Shown: positions 28,037 to 40,880, counted from the first letter of the stretch. The stretch is 64,000 bases of DNA from Pseudomonas sp. (GCF_030690725.1 NZ_JAUYGD010000004.1:117327-181326); one strand, 5' to 3'. Made by a program: numbers and translations. Notes: generated from the sequence alone by a model not told the origin.

Positions 28037-29233
28037 TCAGCTATTGGGCAGCAGGCGCACGGTCAGGCTCTTGATATAGCGGGTCTCGTTGATGGCCGGG
28101 TGTACCGGATGATCCGGGCCCTGGGCGCCGCGTTCGAGCAGCTGGATGTTGCGGTCCAGATGGCGCGCGCTGGTCAGCAGGATGTTCTGCAGGTTGTCTT
28201 CTTCCAGGTGCATGGAGCAGCTGGCGCTGATCAGGATGCCGTCCTTGTTGAGCAGGCGCATGGCCTGTTCATTAAGGCGGCGGTAGGCGCCTTCACCGTT
28301 CTTCTGGTCTTTCTTGCGTTTGATAAAGGCGGGTGGGTCGGCGACGATCACGTCGAAGCGTTCTTCCGCGGATTTCAGCTGTTTCAACGCCTCGAACACA
28401 TCACCCTCTACGCAGGCGACCTGGTCGGTCAAACCGTTCAGCGCGGCGTTGCGCTCCACGCCGTCGAGGGCGAAGCCGGAGGCATCCACACACATCACGT
28501 CACTGGCACCAAAGGCCGCAGCCTGCACGCCCCAGCCGCCGATATAGCTGAACAGGTCGAGCACGCGCTTGCCTTTGACGTAGGGCGCCAGGCGCGCGCG
28601 GTTCATACGGTGGTCGTAGAACCAGCCGGTCTTCTGCCCTTCGATCACCGGGGCTTCAAACTTCACGCCGTTCTCTTCCAGGGCAACCCACTCCGGCACC
28701 ACGCCGAACGGGGTTTCCACATAACGCGCCAGGCCTTCGGCATCGCGGGCGGCGGAGTCGTTCTTGAGCAGGATGCCGCTGGGTTTGCACACCTGAATCA
28801 GGGCTGCGAGCACGTCATCCTTATGGCGTTCCATGGTGGCGGAGGCCAGTTGCACCACCAGGATGTCGAAGAAACGGTCGACCACCAGGCCCGGCAGCAG
28901 GTCGGAGTCACCATACACCAGGCGGTAGCAAGGCTTGTCGAACAGTCGCTCGCGTAGCGACAGGGCCACATTGATACGGTGCACCAGCAGGGATTTGTCC
29001 AGCACGTGTTTGACATCACGCGACAGCAGGCGCGCGCAGATCAGGTTGTTCGGGCTCATCGCGACGACGCCTAGCGGCTTACCGCCGGTCGCCTCAAGGA
29101 TCGCCTGGTCACCGGCAGCAAAGCCGCTGAGCGGGGTGGCGGCGACGTCGATTTCATTGCTGTAGACCCACAGATGGCCGGCGCGCAGGCGTCGATCGGC
29201 GTTGGCTTTCAGGCGCAGGCTGGGCAGGGACAT
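28037..29233 (-). CDS. rlmI: Class I SAM-dependent rRNA methyltransferase, RlmI family
   Basis: PUA domain GHLWVYSNEI, DLLPGLVVDRF, GQKTGWFYDHR, LDLFSYIGG, DPPAF. Confidence 0.85.
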   Translation of the reverse strand: MSLPSLRLKANADRRLRAGHLWVYSNEIDVAATPLSGFAAGDQAILEATGGKPLGVVAMSPNNLICARLLSRDVKHVLDKSLLVHRINVALSLRERLFDKPCYRLVYGDSDLLPGLVVDRFFDILVVQLASATMERHKDDVLAALIQVCKPSGILLKNDSAARDAEGLARYVETPFGVVPEWVALEENGVKFEAPVIEGQKTGWFYDHRMNRARLAPYVKGKRVLDLFSYIGGWGVQAAAFGASDVMCVDASGFALDGVERNAALNGLTDQVACVEGDVFEALKQLKSAEERFDVIVADPPAFIKRKKDQKNGEGAYRRLNEQAMRLLNKDGILISASCSMHLEEDNLQNILLTSARHLDRNIQLLERGAQGPDHPVHPAINETRYIKSLTVRLLPNS

Positions 29234-29364
29234 GCTGGGGACTCCGAAAAAAGAGCGGAATTATAGCGGGTTCATAAGGGGTGCGTCGGTTACAAAAGTC
29301 GCCTGTGGAAGTGCCGAGGGTTTAGCTAGACTGTGGCTCACTTCTCATTCCGGTTGTCCCCGTC

Positions 29365-30231
29365 ATGTCCCAAGAGCTTTCCGCCGAATATATCCAGCAA
29401 GTGCTGCAGGGCATCAGCGTGCCGCCGCAGCCGCAGATCATGGTGGATTTGCAGATGGAACAGGTGATGCCAAGCCCGGACCTGCGCGCCATCGCCAAGC
29501 TGATAGGGCAGGACCCGGGCCTTTCCGGCGCGTTGTTGAAACTGGTGAATTCGCCGTTTTTCGGCCTGACCAACCGCATCGCCTCGATCCAGCAGGCGGT
29601 CAACCTGCTGGGCTGCAACACGGTGATCAATCTGATCAATGCGCAGTCGATCCGTGGCGAACTGACTGATGAGGCCATCGTCACCCTCAACCGTTTCTGG
29701 GACACCGCCCAGGATGTGGCCATGACCTGCCTGACCCTGGCCAAGCGCATCGGCTATCACTCGCCGGATGAGGCTTACACCCTCGGTTTGTTCCACAACT
29801 GCGGCATCCCGCTGATGATCAAGCGCTTCCCCAATTACATGACGGTGCTGGAGGAGGCCTACGCCAGTGCCACCGGTGAGCGTCGTGTAGTGGACACCGA
29901 AAACCGCCTGCTCAATACCAACCACGCGGTGGTCGGCTATTTCACTGCCAAGTCCTGGAACCTGCCGCTGCATCTGTGCGAGGCGATTGCCAGCCACCAC
30001 AACGCCCTGGCGATTTTCACCGAGGACTCCAGCCGCGATGCGCAGCTGAAAACCCTGCTGGCGATTTTGAAGATGGCCGAGCACATCTGTGAAAGTCATC
30101 TGGTGCTGGGTAATCAGCCGGATGACCATGAGTGGCAGAGCATCGAACAGCTGGTGCTGGAGTATGTCGGCCTGTCCGAATATGACTTCGAAAACCTACG
30201 CGAGAGCATTCGCGACCTTGGGGCGAACTAA
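29365..30231 (+). CDS. HDOD domain protein
   Basis: PPQPQI, QDPGLSGALLKLVNSP, GLFHNCG, HAVVG. Confidence 0.9.
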   Translation: MSQELSAEYIQQVLQGISVPPQPQIMVDLQMEQVMPSPDLRAIAKLIGQDPGLSGALLKLVNSPFFGLTNRIASIQQAVNLLGCNTVINLINAQSIRGELTDEAIVTLNRFWDTAQDVAMTCLTLAKRIGYHSPDEAYTLGLFHNCGIPLMIKRFPNYMTVLEEAYASATGERRVVDTENRLLNTNHAVVGYFTAKSWNLPLHLCEAIASHHNALAIFTEDSSRDAQLKTLLAILKMAEHICESHLVLGNQPDDHEWQSIEQLVLEYVGLSEYDFENLRESIRDLGAN

Positions 30232-30305
30232 CAGGCTGCCTCGTCGCTGCGGGGCGATCCTGCTAAGGTAGGCGCCCGCTCGGATTGCTCAGCTGATCAC
30301 TCGTT

Positions 30306-31118
30306 ATGCCAGAACTTCCTGAAGTAGAAACCACTCGCCGCGGCATCGCGCCGTACCTTGAAGGCCAGCTTGTCAGCCGGGTGATCGTGCGTGAACGCCG
30401 CCTGCGCTGGCCGATCCCCGAAGACCTGGATATTCAGTTGTCCGGGCAGCGTATCGAGTGCGTCGAGCGGCGCGCCAAGTACCTGCTGATCAAGGCCGAA
30501 ACCGGCAGTTTGATCAGCCATCTGGGCATGTCCGGTAGCCTGCGACTGGTCGAAGTGGGTTTGCCGGCGGCCAAGCATGAACATGTGGATATCGAGCTGG
30601 AATCCGGTTTGGCCCTGCGCTACACCGATCCACGGCGTTTCGGCGCGCTGCTGTGGAGCAGTGATCCGTTGAGCCATGTGCTGCTCAGCAAGCTGGGGCC
30701 GGAGCCGTTGACCGCGTTGTTCGATGGCGAGCGATTGTTCCAGCTGTCCCGTGGTCGAGCCATGGCGATCAAGCCCTTTATCATGGATAACGCCGTGGTG
30801 GTTGGGGTCGGCAATATCTACGCCAGCGAAGCGCTGTTTGCTGCTGGTATCGACCCGCGCCGAGAGGCTGGCTCGGTGTCGCGGGCGCGCTATCTGACGC
30901 TGGCGGATGAGATCAAGCGCATCCTCGCCCACGCCATCGAGCGCGGCGGCACCACCCTGCGTGACTTTGTCGGCGGCGATGGCCAGCCGGGGTATTTCCA
31001 GCAGGAACTGTTCGTCTACGGGCGCGGCGGTGAATTCTGCAAGCACTGCGGCAGCACCCTGCGCGAGGTCAAACTGGGCCAGCGCGCCAGCGTTTATTGT
31101 CCGCGCTGCCAACGCTAG
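30306..31118 (+). CDS. mutM: Formamidopyrimidine-DNA glycosylase
   Basis: [28 protein letters not shown]-terminal zinc finger. Confidence 0.99.
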   Translation: MPELPEVETTRRGIAPYLEGQLVSRVIVRERRLRWPIPEDLDIQLSGQRIECVERRAKYLLIKAETGSLISHLGMSGSLRLVEVGLPAAKHEHVDIELESGLALRYTDPRRFGALLWSSDPLSHVLLSKLGPEPLTALFDGERLFQLSRGRAMAIKPFIMDNAVVVGVGNIYASEALFAAGIDPRREAGSVSRARYLTLADEIKRILAHAIERGGTTLRDFVGGDGQPGYFQQELFVYGRGGEFCKHCGSTLREVKLGQRASVYCPRCQR

Positions 31119-31195
31119 GGATTTTTCGCCGGGCTAGATTTGGCCTGTCTGCCCGAACCGATTACACAACAATAAGAAAGACCGAGGTTTTTTTG

Positions 31196-31774
31196 ATGTC
31201 CGGTAACTATCTGCCCCGCAACCCTCTGGCTGAGTGGGTCGGCCGTGTGGCGCTGAAACTGATGGGTTGGCGTATCGAAGGCCAGCTGCCGAAGCTCGAC
31301 AAGTTTGTGGTGATCGGCGCGCACCACACCTCCAATTGGGACTTTGTGATTTTTATCGCAGTGAAATTCGTGCTGCGTCTAAATGCCCGCTGGTTTGGCA
31401 AGCACACAATCTTCCGCTGGCCCTTTGGTGCGCTGATGCGGCTGTGGGGTGGTATCGCCATCCGCCGCGAACGTCAGGGCAATACGGTTGAGCAGGCGGT
31501 GAGGGCCTTTAGCGAACATCAGCAGTTTATGCTGATCCTCTCGCCGGAAGGCACGCGCAAGAAGGTCGAACGCTGGAAGATGGGCTTTTATCACATCGCC
31601 CTCGGCGCAGGCGTACCTATTGTGCTGGGTGCGTTGGACTATCAGAACAAGCGGGTTTTTATCGGCCCGACCTTTACGCCGAGCGGGGATGAAACGGCCG
31701 ATCTCAAGGAGATTCTGGCGTTTTACCGGCCCTTTATTCCGAAAAAACCTGAATACGCCTTTTATGGCGATTGA
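31196..31774 (+). CDS. Lysophospholipid acyltransferase (PlsC family)
   Basis: HHTSNWD (HX4D), SPEGTR. Confidence 0.9.
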   Translation: MSGNYLPRNPLAEWVGRVALKLMGWRIEGQLPKLDKFVVIGAHHTSNWDFVIFIAVKFVLRLNARWFGKHTIFRWPFGALMRLWGGIAIRRERQGNTVEQAVRAFSEHQQFMLILSPEGTRKKVERWKMGFYHIALGAGVPIVLGALDYQNKRVFIGPTFTPSGDETADLKEILAFYRPFIPKKPEYAFYGD

Positions 31775-31850
31775 CGGCCGTCACGCTGACAATTACCAAT
31801 GCGCTGTTATAGTTAGTCTCACCGCCTCCTAATAGCTGAAGGATCGCCCC

Positions 31851-32189
31851 ATGAAACTGTTCCGCTCAACCGCTGCTGCTCTGGCGCTGACCACTGGCCT
31901 GCTGGCGCTGCCGGCTTATGCTGACGTAGCGCAGCAGAACACTAGCGGCGACCCTCTTTATACGGCTAACGCACCCAAAGCCTTTTCGATGATTGGCGAT
32001 CTGCTGATTGCCCGGCCATTGCTGATTGGCGCAACTGCCATCGGTGCTGTGGCATTTGTGGTGAGCCTGCCGTTCACGGCTGCTGGCGGCAATATTGGCG
32101 AAGCGGGCCATGCACTGGTCGTTGAGCCAGGCAAGGAAGCTTTTGTGCGCTGCCTGGGCTGCACCACCAGCGGTTACAAGCAGAACTGA
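31851..32189 (+). CDS. Conserved small secreted/membrane protein (PA0359-like)
   Basis: Signal peptide [22 protein letters not shown] conserved in pseudomonads (recall). Confidence 0.75.
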   Translation: MKLFRSTAAALALTTGLLALPAYADVAQQNTSGDPLYTANAPKAFSMIGDLLIARPLLIGATAIGAVAFVVSLPFTAAGGNIGEAGHALVVEPGKEAFVRCLGCTTSGYKQN

Positions 32190-32206
32190 TTGCTTTATCT
32201 GCTTCT

Positions 32207-32236
32207 GGGCTGCCGCGCTGTTTGCTTTGGCAGCCC
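32207..32236. terminator. Hairpin between convergent genes
   Basis: GGGCTGCC...GGCAGCCC. Confidence 0.5.
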
Positions 32237-32271
32237 TGAGACGTTCTCATCAGGCGCGTCAGTGATCCGCA

Positions 32272-34933
<2,662 letters not shown>

Positions 34934-34942
34934 ACCCTGATA

Positions 34943-36538
34943 TCAGGCGTGCTTGAGGCGTTCGGCGAGTTTTGTCGCGAGTTTGGCGGTTAGCCCATAG
35001 ATCGACAGCTGCGGATTGGCGCCGATGCTGGTGGGGAACAGCGAGCCGTCATGGATCGACAGGTTGCTCAGTTGATGGTGACGCCCCAGGCTGTCGGTAA
35101 CAGCCTGCTGCGGGTCTTCACCCATGGCGCAACCACCCATTACGTGGGCACTGCCGAGGCGAGTGCGGTACAGCTCAAGGCTAAGGCTGTCGATCAGGCT
35201 TTTCGCTTCGGCGAGGGTCTTTACGTAACCGGCGTCTGCATGCAGCGGTAGCACTGCCTTGGCCCCAGCGGCGAACTGGATCTCGGCCATGGTATGGAAG
35301 GCGCGGCGTACGCCGTCCCAGGTGTAGTCGGTCATCTGGTAATCGAGCACCGGGCTGCCGTCGCCGCGCAGTTCCACTGTGCCTTCGGCGCTGTCCGGGT
35401 GGAAACCGTCGCGCAGCAGGGCCAGCATCACGTTGGTATTGGGCAGTTGCTCCATGCGCATGGCGTTGTCGATGCCGAAGCGGCCGAGCAGGGTCGCGGT
35501 CAGTGCCGGCTGCAGCGGTGGTACTTCGAGCTTGTAGGACAGGCGCCCAGCGGTGCCGTCATCCCATTGGAAGTGGTCGGAGTAGATCGACTGCGGCGCG
35601 CCGTAGAAGGGGTTGATCACCTGATCGAACAAGGCCGCGGAGAAATTCACCAGGTGCAGGAAGGTGCGCTTGCCGGTGCGCTGGTGCGGGTCCGGTGCAT
35701 TCGAGCGCAGGAGAATCCCCGGTGTGTTGATGCCGCCACCGGACAGTACGTAATGCTTGGCCTTGACCGTGATCTTGCGGCCATTGGGGGCGACGCTGCG
35801 CTCATCCATGCCGAGGCACTCGATGCCCGTGACCTGGTCACCCTCGATTAGCAGACGTTCGGCACGGGCCAGATAGAGCAACTCGCCGCCTTTATCCAAG
35901 GTCGCCGGGATGGTCGTGACCAGCATCGACTGCTTGGCGTTGGTCGGGCAGCCCATGCCGCAGTAACCGAGGTTCCAGCAGCCGCGCACGTTGCGCGGAA
36001 TCGTCTGCCACTCGTAACCGAGCTTGTCGCAGCCGCTGCTGATTACTGCGTTGTTGGCATTCGGCGGCACGACCCAGGGTGCGACGCCCAGGCGCTGTTC
36101 CATCTGCTCGAACCAGGGCGCCATTTCTTCGGGGCTGTGGCCTTTTACACCGTGTTCCTTGGCCCAGTGTTCCAGGGTTGGCGCGGGCGTGCGAAAGCTT
36201 GAGGTCCAGTTGATCAGCGTAGTGCCGCCGACCGCGCGGCCTTGCATGATGGTGATTGCGCCATCCTTGCTCATGCGGCCGATGCCTTCCTGATAGAGAC
36301 TGGCGTAGGCCTTGTCTTCGAGCATCTTGAAGTCGTCGCTGGTCTTTAGCGGGCCTTCCTCGATCAACAACACCTTGAAGCCGGCCGCGCTGAGGATTTC
36401 CGCGGTGGTGCCACCACCTGCGCCGCTGCCGACGATGGCCACGTCGGCTTCCAGGGTCAGATCGCTGTCCAGGCGCGAGCCGTTATAGGTCTTCCAGCCA
36501 CGGGCCAGGCCTTCTTTGAAACTGTCGGGTACAGGCAT
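34943..36538 (-). CDS. laoA: GMC oxidoreductase, LaoA-like long-chain alcohol dehydrogenase
   Basis: GSGAGG FAD motif, GRAVGGTT, CWNLGYCGMGC, SAHVMGGC; synteny with PA0364-0367 (recall). Confidence 0.85.
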   Translation of the reverse strand: MPVPDSFKEGLARGWKTYNGSRLDSDLTLEADVAIVGSGAGGGTTAEILSAAGFKVLLIEEGPLKTSDDFKMLEDKAYASLYQEGIGRMSKDGAITIMQGRAVGGTTLINWTSSFRTPAPTLEHWAKEHGVKGHSPEEMAPWFEQMEQRLGVAPWVVPPNANNAVISSGCDKLGYEWQTIPRNVRGCWNLGYCGMGCPTNAKQSMLVTTIPATLDKGGELLYLARAERLLIEGDQVTGIECLGMDERSVAPNGRKITVKAKHYVLSGGGINTPGILLRSNAPDPHQRTGKRTFLHLVNFSAALFDQVINPFYGAPQSIYSDHFQWDDGTAGRLSYKLEVPPLQPALTATLLGRFGIDNAMRMEQLPNTNVMLALLRDGFHPDSAEGTVELRGDGSPVLDYQMTDYTWDGVRRAFHTMAEIQFAAGAKAVLPLHADAGYVKTLAEAKSLIDSLSLELYRTRLGSAHVMGGCAMGEDPQQAVTDSLGRHHQLSNLSIHDGSLFPTSIGANPQLSIYGLTAKLATKLAERLKHA

Positions 36539-36571
36539 TTGAGGATCTCTTTTTTATGATCGCGCTGCATA

Positions 36572-36750
36572 AAAGGTTGAGCGAGCTAGAGCCAGGCTAG
36601 GCGCAGATGCGCGAGGACGCGGAGTTTACGAGCTGTAAATGAGCAGTACTCGTTTCACTCGCCCTTGCGGGCCGCCCTCCGGGCGTTCGGTGACAAGTCA
36701 CCGTCCAAACACATCTGCTACAACGCCTGGCCGACGCGCAGCCAGCCGTT
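36572..36750 (+). repeat. Structured intergenic repeat, copy 3, with nested 57-bp insertion
   Basis: GCGAGCTAGAGCC...GAGGACGCGGAGTTTAC-N5-GTAAATGAGCAGT[insert 36648-36704]CC...CATCTGC..AACGCCTGGCCGACGCGCAGC. Confidence 0.8.
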
Positions 36751-36752
36751 AG

Positions 36753-37298
36753 TCAGACCGTCGGAGGGCCGGGGTAGCCGCAGTGGGCCCATGATTCGGC
36801 TCGGCTATACCAGCTCATCATCACCAGCTGCAGCAGCGAGGCGTGGCCCATTTTCAGCAGGCCAATCGAGCTGTTCTGCCAGCGCTCGAGAAACGCCTGC
36901 ACATCTGCGGGCGATGCGTTTTCCCAGCTGCCCCAGACTCCGGTCAGCGGACCACGGGTGATCGGCATGGCGAGCACGTCGAACAGCTGCACGGTCAGCT
37001 TGAGCAATTCCGGCGAGACGTGATTAAGGCTGTAGTCGAGGCTGGCGAGGGTGCCTTCGACGGCTTGCGGCATCTTCTCGGTCGTTACCGCGCCGGCCAG
37101 CATCACCGGGATCAAGGCATGCAGAAAGGCCAGATCGGACTCGCGGATCACCGCAAAGCCGGCTTTCGGCGTACTCGCCGAACAGCCGCTGAGGCTGGCA
37201 GTAAGGCCGGCGGTGGCGAGAAAGGCTGAGCCCATCAGGCCGACCTTGAGCAGGTTGCGCCGAGTCAGGGCCGGCGCTTCAAGCGTGGTGTTGTGCAT
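36753..37298 (-). CDS. laoB: Tat-signal accessory protein, LaoB-like
   Basis: LTRRNLL twin-arginine signal; GYPGPP C-terminus; between laoC and laoA. Confidence 0.8.
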   Translation of the reverse strand: MHNTTLEAPALTRRNLLKVGLMGSAFLATAGLTASLSGCSASTPKAGFAVIRESDLAFLHALIPVMLAGAVTTEKMPQAVEGTLASLDYSLNHVSPELLKLTVQLFDVLAMPITRGPLTGVWGSWENASPADVQAFLERWQNSSIGLLKMGHASLLQLVMMSWYSRAESWAHCGYPGPPTV

Positions 37299-37330
37299 TT
37301 ATTGTTATCACCGAATCAGGCCATTTTGGG

Positions 37331-38785
37331 TTAGCGAACGAACAGCTTGTACACCAGCTTCTGCAGGGCTTTGCCATAGGGCGGATATATCAGCTTGGCG
37401 GCGTTGAAGCGCTGCTTGATAAACACGCCCTTGGCCTTGCTGAAGGTGAGGAAGCCTTCATGGCCGTGGTAATGACCCATGCCGGACGGGCCGACGCCGC
37501 CGAATGGCATGTCGTCCTGGGCCACGTGCAGCAGGGTGTCGTTAAGGCACACGCCGCCGGAGTGGGTCTCGTGCAGCACACGCTGTTGCTCGCCCTTGTC
37601 ATAGCCGAAGTAGTACAGCGCCAGTGGCCGGTCGCGCTCATTGATAAAGGCGAAGGCATCTTCCAGCTTGTCGTAGGGGATGATTGGCAGCAGCGGGCCG
37701 AAAATCTCGTCCTGCATCACCTTCATTTCATCCGTCACGTTCAGCAGCACGGCCTGCGGCATGCGCCGGCCCTGGGCTTCGGGGTACAGCGGGATGATGG
37801 TCGCGCCCTTGCTCTCGGCGTCCTGCAGGTAGCCATTGAGGCGCTGCTGCTGGCGCTCGTTGATGATCGCGGTGTAATCCGGGTTGTCCTTGAGTTGCGG
37901 GTAAAAACTCTGCACCGCGTTGCGGTAAGCCTCGACAAAACCCTCCACACGGTCTTTCGGCACCAGTACGTAATCCGGTGCCACGCAGGTCTGGCCGGCG
38001 TTCATGGTCTTGCCGAAGGCGATGCGCTCGGCGGCGTCACTCAGCGGCACGGATGCCGAGACGATGGCCGGCGACTTGCCGCCCAGCTCCAGGGTGACCG
38101 GGGTGAGGTTTTCGGCCGCGGCGCGCATCACGTGTTTGCCGATGCTGGTGGCACCGGTGAACAGCAGGTGGTCGAACGGCAGTTTGGAGAAGGCCATGCC
38201 GACTTCCGCCTCGCCCAAAACGACGGTTACCAGGTCCTCGGGGAACACCTTGGCGAGCAGGTCCTTGACCAGTTGCGAGGTGGCCGGGGTCGACTCGCTC
38301 ATCTTGATCATCACCCGGTTGCCGGCCGCCAGAGCGCCGACAAGCGGGCCGATGGCGAGAAACAGCGGGTAGTTCCACGGCACGATCACCCCGACTACGC
38401 CCAGCGGCTGGTAGATGACCTTGGCCGAGGCCGGCATAAATTGCATGCCCACGCTGCGCCGTGAAGGCTTCATCCATTTCTTGATGCGCTTGGTCGCGTA
38501 GTGGATGCCATGCAGGCTGGGCATCAGCTCGGCGAGCAGAGTTTCGTCGGCGCTGCGGTTGCTGAAATCCTGGGAGATGGCGCTGATCAGCGCGTCACGC
38601 TCATTGCTGAGCAAATCGCGCAACACGTTGAGCCACTGGATGCGCTGCTCGGCCGAAGGCATGGGATTGGCTTTGAACGCCTGGCGCTGACGGGCAAAGC
38701 TGCTCTCCAGCTGGCTGAGCTGCTGTTGGCTGCGTTGCAGGCTTTGTTCCAGGCTTTTATCAAAGGCGGCGACGTTGGCGACCAT
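37331..38785 (-). CDS. laoC: Coniferyl-aldehyde-type aldehyde dehydrogenase, LaoC-like
   Basis: PWNYP, FTGAT, LELGGKSP, GQTCVAPD, DEIFGP. Confidence 0.88.
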   Translation of the reverse strand: MVANVAAFDKSLEQSLQRSQQQLSQLESSFARQRQAFKANPMPSAEQRIQWLNVLRDLLSNERDALISAISQDFSNRSADETLLAELMPSLHGIHYATKRIKKWMKPSRRSVGMQFMPASAKVIYQPLGVVGVIVPWNYPLFLAIGPLVGALAAGNRVMIKMSESTPATSQLVKDLLAKVFPEDLVTVVLGEAEVGMAFSKLPFDHLLFTGATSIGKHVMRAAAENLTPVTLELGGKSPAIVSASVPLSDAAERIAFGKTMNAGQTCVAPDYVLVPKDRVEGFVEAYRNAVQSFYPQLKDNPDYTAIINERQQQRLNGYLQDAESKGATIIPLYPEAQGRRMPQAVLLNVTDEMKVMQDEIFGPLLPIIPYDKLEDAFAFINERDRPLALYYFGYDKGEQQRVLHETHSGGVCLNDTLLHVAQDDMPFGGVGPSGMGHYHGHEGFLTFSKAKGVFIKQRFNAAKLIYPPYGKALQKLVYKLFVR

Positions 38786-38862
38786 GGTGTTGCTCCTCGG
38801 CATTCCAGCAATGCAGTGCGTCAGATGAGCTGAGGCTGCTGCAGAAAAGGTGTGCTGGATTT

Positions 38863-38888
38863 TTAGAGCAATTGCTCTAATCTGTCAA
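38863..38888. promoter_or_regulatory. Probable LaoR operator within the laoC promoter
   Basis: Perfect 18-bp palindrome TTAGAGCAATTGCTCTAA (38863-38880) just downstream of minus-strand TTGACA (38883-38888). Confidence 0.75.
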
Positions 38889-39021
38889 ATAGCATGGCGC
38901 TGTCAGCCGACGGACGCAGCCCAACGAAAAGTTAGCGCATGTTTCCGCGGCTTTTTCCGGTAACACTTCTGCCGTTTCTGCCTGTACCTTTGCCGGGCTT
39001 TTGAGTCGAGAACGAGTCGTT

Positions 39022-39681
39022 ATGTCAGCCCCACTGAAAACCCGCGAACGCATCATTCAGGAGAGCCTGGCGCTGTTTAACGCCCAGGGCGAGCGCAGCG
39101 TCACCACCAACCATATCGCCGCGCACCTGGGGATTTCACCGGGCAACCTGTACTACCACTTCCGTAACAAGCAGGCGATCATCGCCGAGCTGTTTGCCCT
39201 CTACGAAAGCCAGGTGGATACCTTTCTGCGCCGCCCCGAGGGCCGCGCGCTGACGGTGCAGGACAAGACCTTCTATCTGGAAGCACTGCTCGCCGCCATG
39301 TGGCATTACCGCTTTCTGCACCGCGATCTGGAGCACTTGCTCGACAGCGACGCCGAGCTGGCCGAGCGCTACAAGCTGTTCTCGCAGCGCTGTCTGCAGC
39401 GCGCGCAGGGCATTTATCAGGGCTTTGTCGAGGCCGGCATCCTGTTGATGAATGCGCCGCAGATCGAGGCGCTTACCCTCAACAGCTGGATCATCATGAC
39501 CTCCTGGGTGCGCTTTCTCTGCACCACTCGCGGCAATCCCGGCGACCTCAGCCAAGAGATGCTGCGCCGTGGCATCTACCAGGTGCTGACGCTGGAAGGC
39601 GGCTATATCGCCCCGCAAGCGCGCGAGGCGGTGGAGGCGCTGTACGCCAAGCTGCATGTGCCGCTAGAGCAGGTGATCTAA
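39022..39681 (+). CDS. laoR: TetR-family repressor, LaoR-like
   Basis: HTH TTNHIAAHLGISPGNLYYHF; divergent from laoCBA. Confidence 0.88.
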   Translation: MSAPLKTRERIIQESLALFNAQGERSVTTNHIAAHLGISPGNLYYHFRNKQAIIAELFALYESQVDTFLRRPEGRALTVQDKTFYLEALLAAMWHYRFLHRDLEHLLDSDAELAERYKLFSQRCLQRAQGIYQGFVEAGILLMNAPQIEALTLNSWIIMTSWVRFLCTTRGNPGDLSQEMLRRGIYQVLTLEGGYIAPQAREAVEALYAKLHVPLEQVI

Positions 39682-39699
39682 GAACGACTCGCCAAGTTT

Positions 39700-39767
39700 G
39701 TAGCCCGGATAAGCCTTGGCGCAATCCGGGGTTGCTGTCCCGGATTGCGCTGCGCTTATCCGGGCTA
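39700..39767. repeat. REP doublet (GTAGCCCGGAT family), copy 2
   Basis: Arms almost identical to 15402-15472. Confidence 0.88.
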
Positions 39768-39790
39768 TGGGTTGAGTTGTTGTTTCAGTC

Positions 39791-39888
39791 GTAGGGTGGG
39801 CAACGCGAAGCTTGCCCACCGTCACCTACACAACCACTCGACTATCACCTGCCCTATTGGTGGATGATAAGAGCGTCATCCACCCTAC
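39791..39888. repeat. REP doublet (GTAGGGTGG family)
   Basis: GTAGGGTGGGCAAC...TTGCCCACC and GGTGGATGA...TCATCCACCCTAC; the terminal CTAC overlaps the hydrolase stop codon. Confidence 0.8.
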
Positions 39889-40880
39889 AGCAGTTTCGCG
39901 GCCTGCTCGGCCAGCCACTGCGGAATGCGCCGCTCCAGGTAATAACCCGGTTTACCCAGGCTGCCTTCGACAAAGCCGACATGGCCGCCGTGGGCGTGCA
40001 GTTCGAATTCGATACTAGGCGATAGCTCGCAGGCTTCGGGCAGGCTGTGGGCGAAGACGAAGGGGTCGTCGGCGGCCTGGATAATCAGCGTCGGCGTCTC
40101 GATCTGGCCGAGGAAGTAGCGGCTGGAGGCGCGGCGGTAGTAGTCCTCGGCATCGGCGTAGCCATGCAACGGTGCGGTGATACGGCCGTCGAAATCCCAG
40201 AAGGTGCGCATATTGTCCAGCGGGCCGAGTTTCTCCAGGGTGGACAGGCGGTCGCTCATGCCCTGGTGGGCGAACAGGCGCTGCTTGTCCTTCACGTAGA
40301 CCACCATCTCGCGCATAAAGTGACTCTGGTAAACCTTTGAGAAGCCCATGCCGATGCGGTCGGCGCACTGATCCAGACGAAACGGCACCGACACCGCCGC
40401 TGCGCCTTGCAGCTGGCTGTCTGCCCCGGTTTCACCGAGGTACTTGAGCAGCACATTGCCGCCCAGGGAATAACCCACGGCATACAGCGGCGCCATCGGC
40501 CGCTGGGCGCGCAGGTGGCGTACGGTTTCTGCCAGGTCCTCGCTGGCCCCTGAGTGGTAACCACGGGCCAGCAGGTTCGGCTCGCCCGAACAGCCGCGCC
40601 AGTTCAGCGCCACGCTGGCCCAGCCATGGGCTGCCAGTTGCTGCTGCAGCCCCAGCACGTAGAGCGAGTCGGATGAACCCGTCAGGCCGTGCAGCACCAA
40701 CACCAGCGGTGCGTCGGCCTGATGCGGACCGTGCCAGTCCAGATCAAGAAAGTCGCCATCCTCCAGCCACAGCCGTTCGCGCGTGCGCTCAAGCTTCGCC
40801 GGCTGGCGACACATCGGGTTCCACAGAGTTTGCAGGTGCGGGCCGGGTAGCCACCAGGCGGGTTTGAAGGACGTTTGCAT
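39885..40880 (-). CDS. YheT-family alpha/beta hydrolase
   Basis: PGPHLQTLW, HGLTGS, GYSLGG nucleophile elbow, DDPF, GGHVGF. Confidence 0.9.
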   Translation of the reverse strand: MQTSFKPAWWLPGPHLQTLWNPMCRQPAKLERTRERLWLEDGDFLDLDWHGPHQADAPLVLVLHGLTGSSDSLYVLGLQQQLAAHGWASVALNWRGCSGEPNLLARGYHSGASEDLAETVRHLRAQRPMAPLYAVGYSLGGNVLLKYLGETGADSQLQGAAAVSVPFRLDQCADRIGMGFSKVYQSHFMREMVVYVKDKQRLFAHQGMSDRLSTLEKLGPLDNMRTFWDFDGRITAPLHGYADAEDYYRRASSRYFLGQIETPTLIIQAADDPFVFAHSLPEACELSPSIEFELHAHGGHVGFVEGSLGKPGYYLERRIPQWLAEQAAKLL

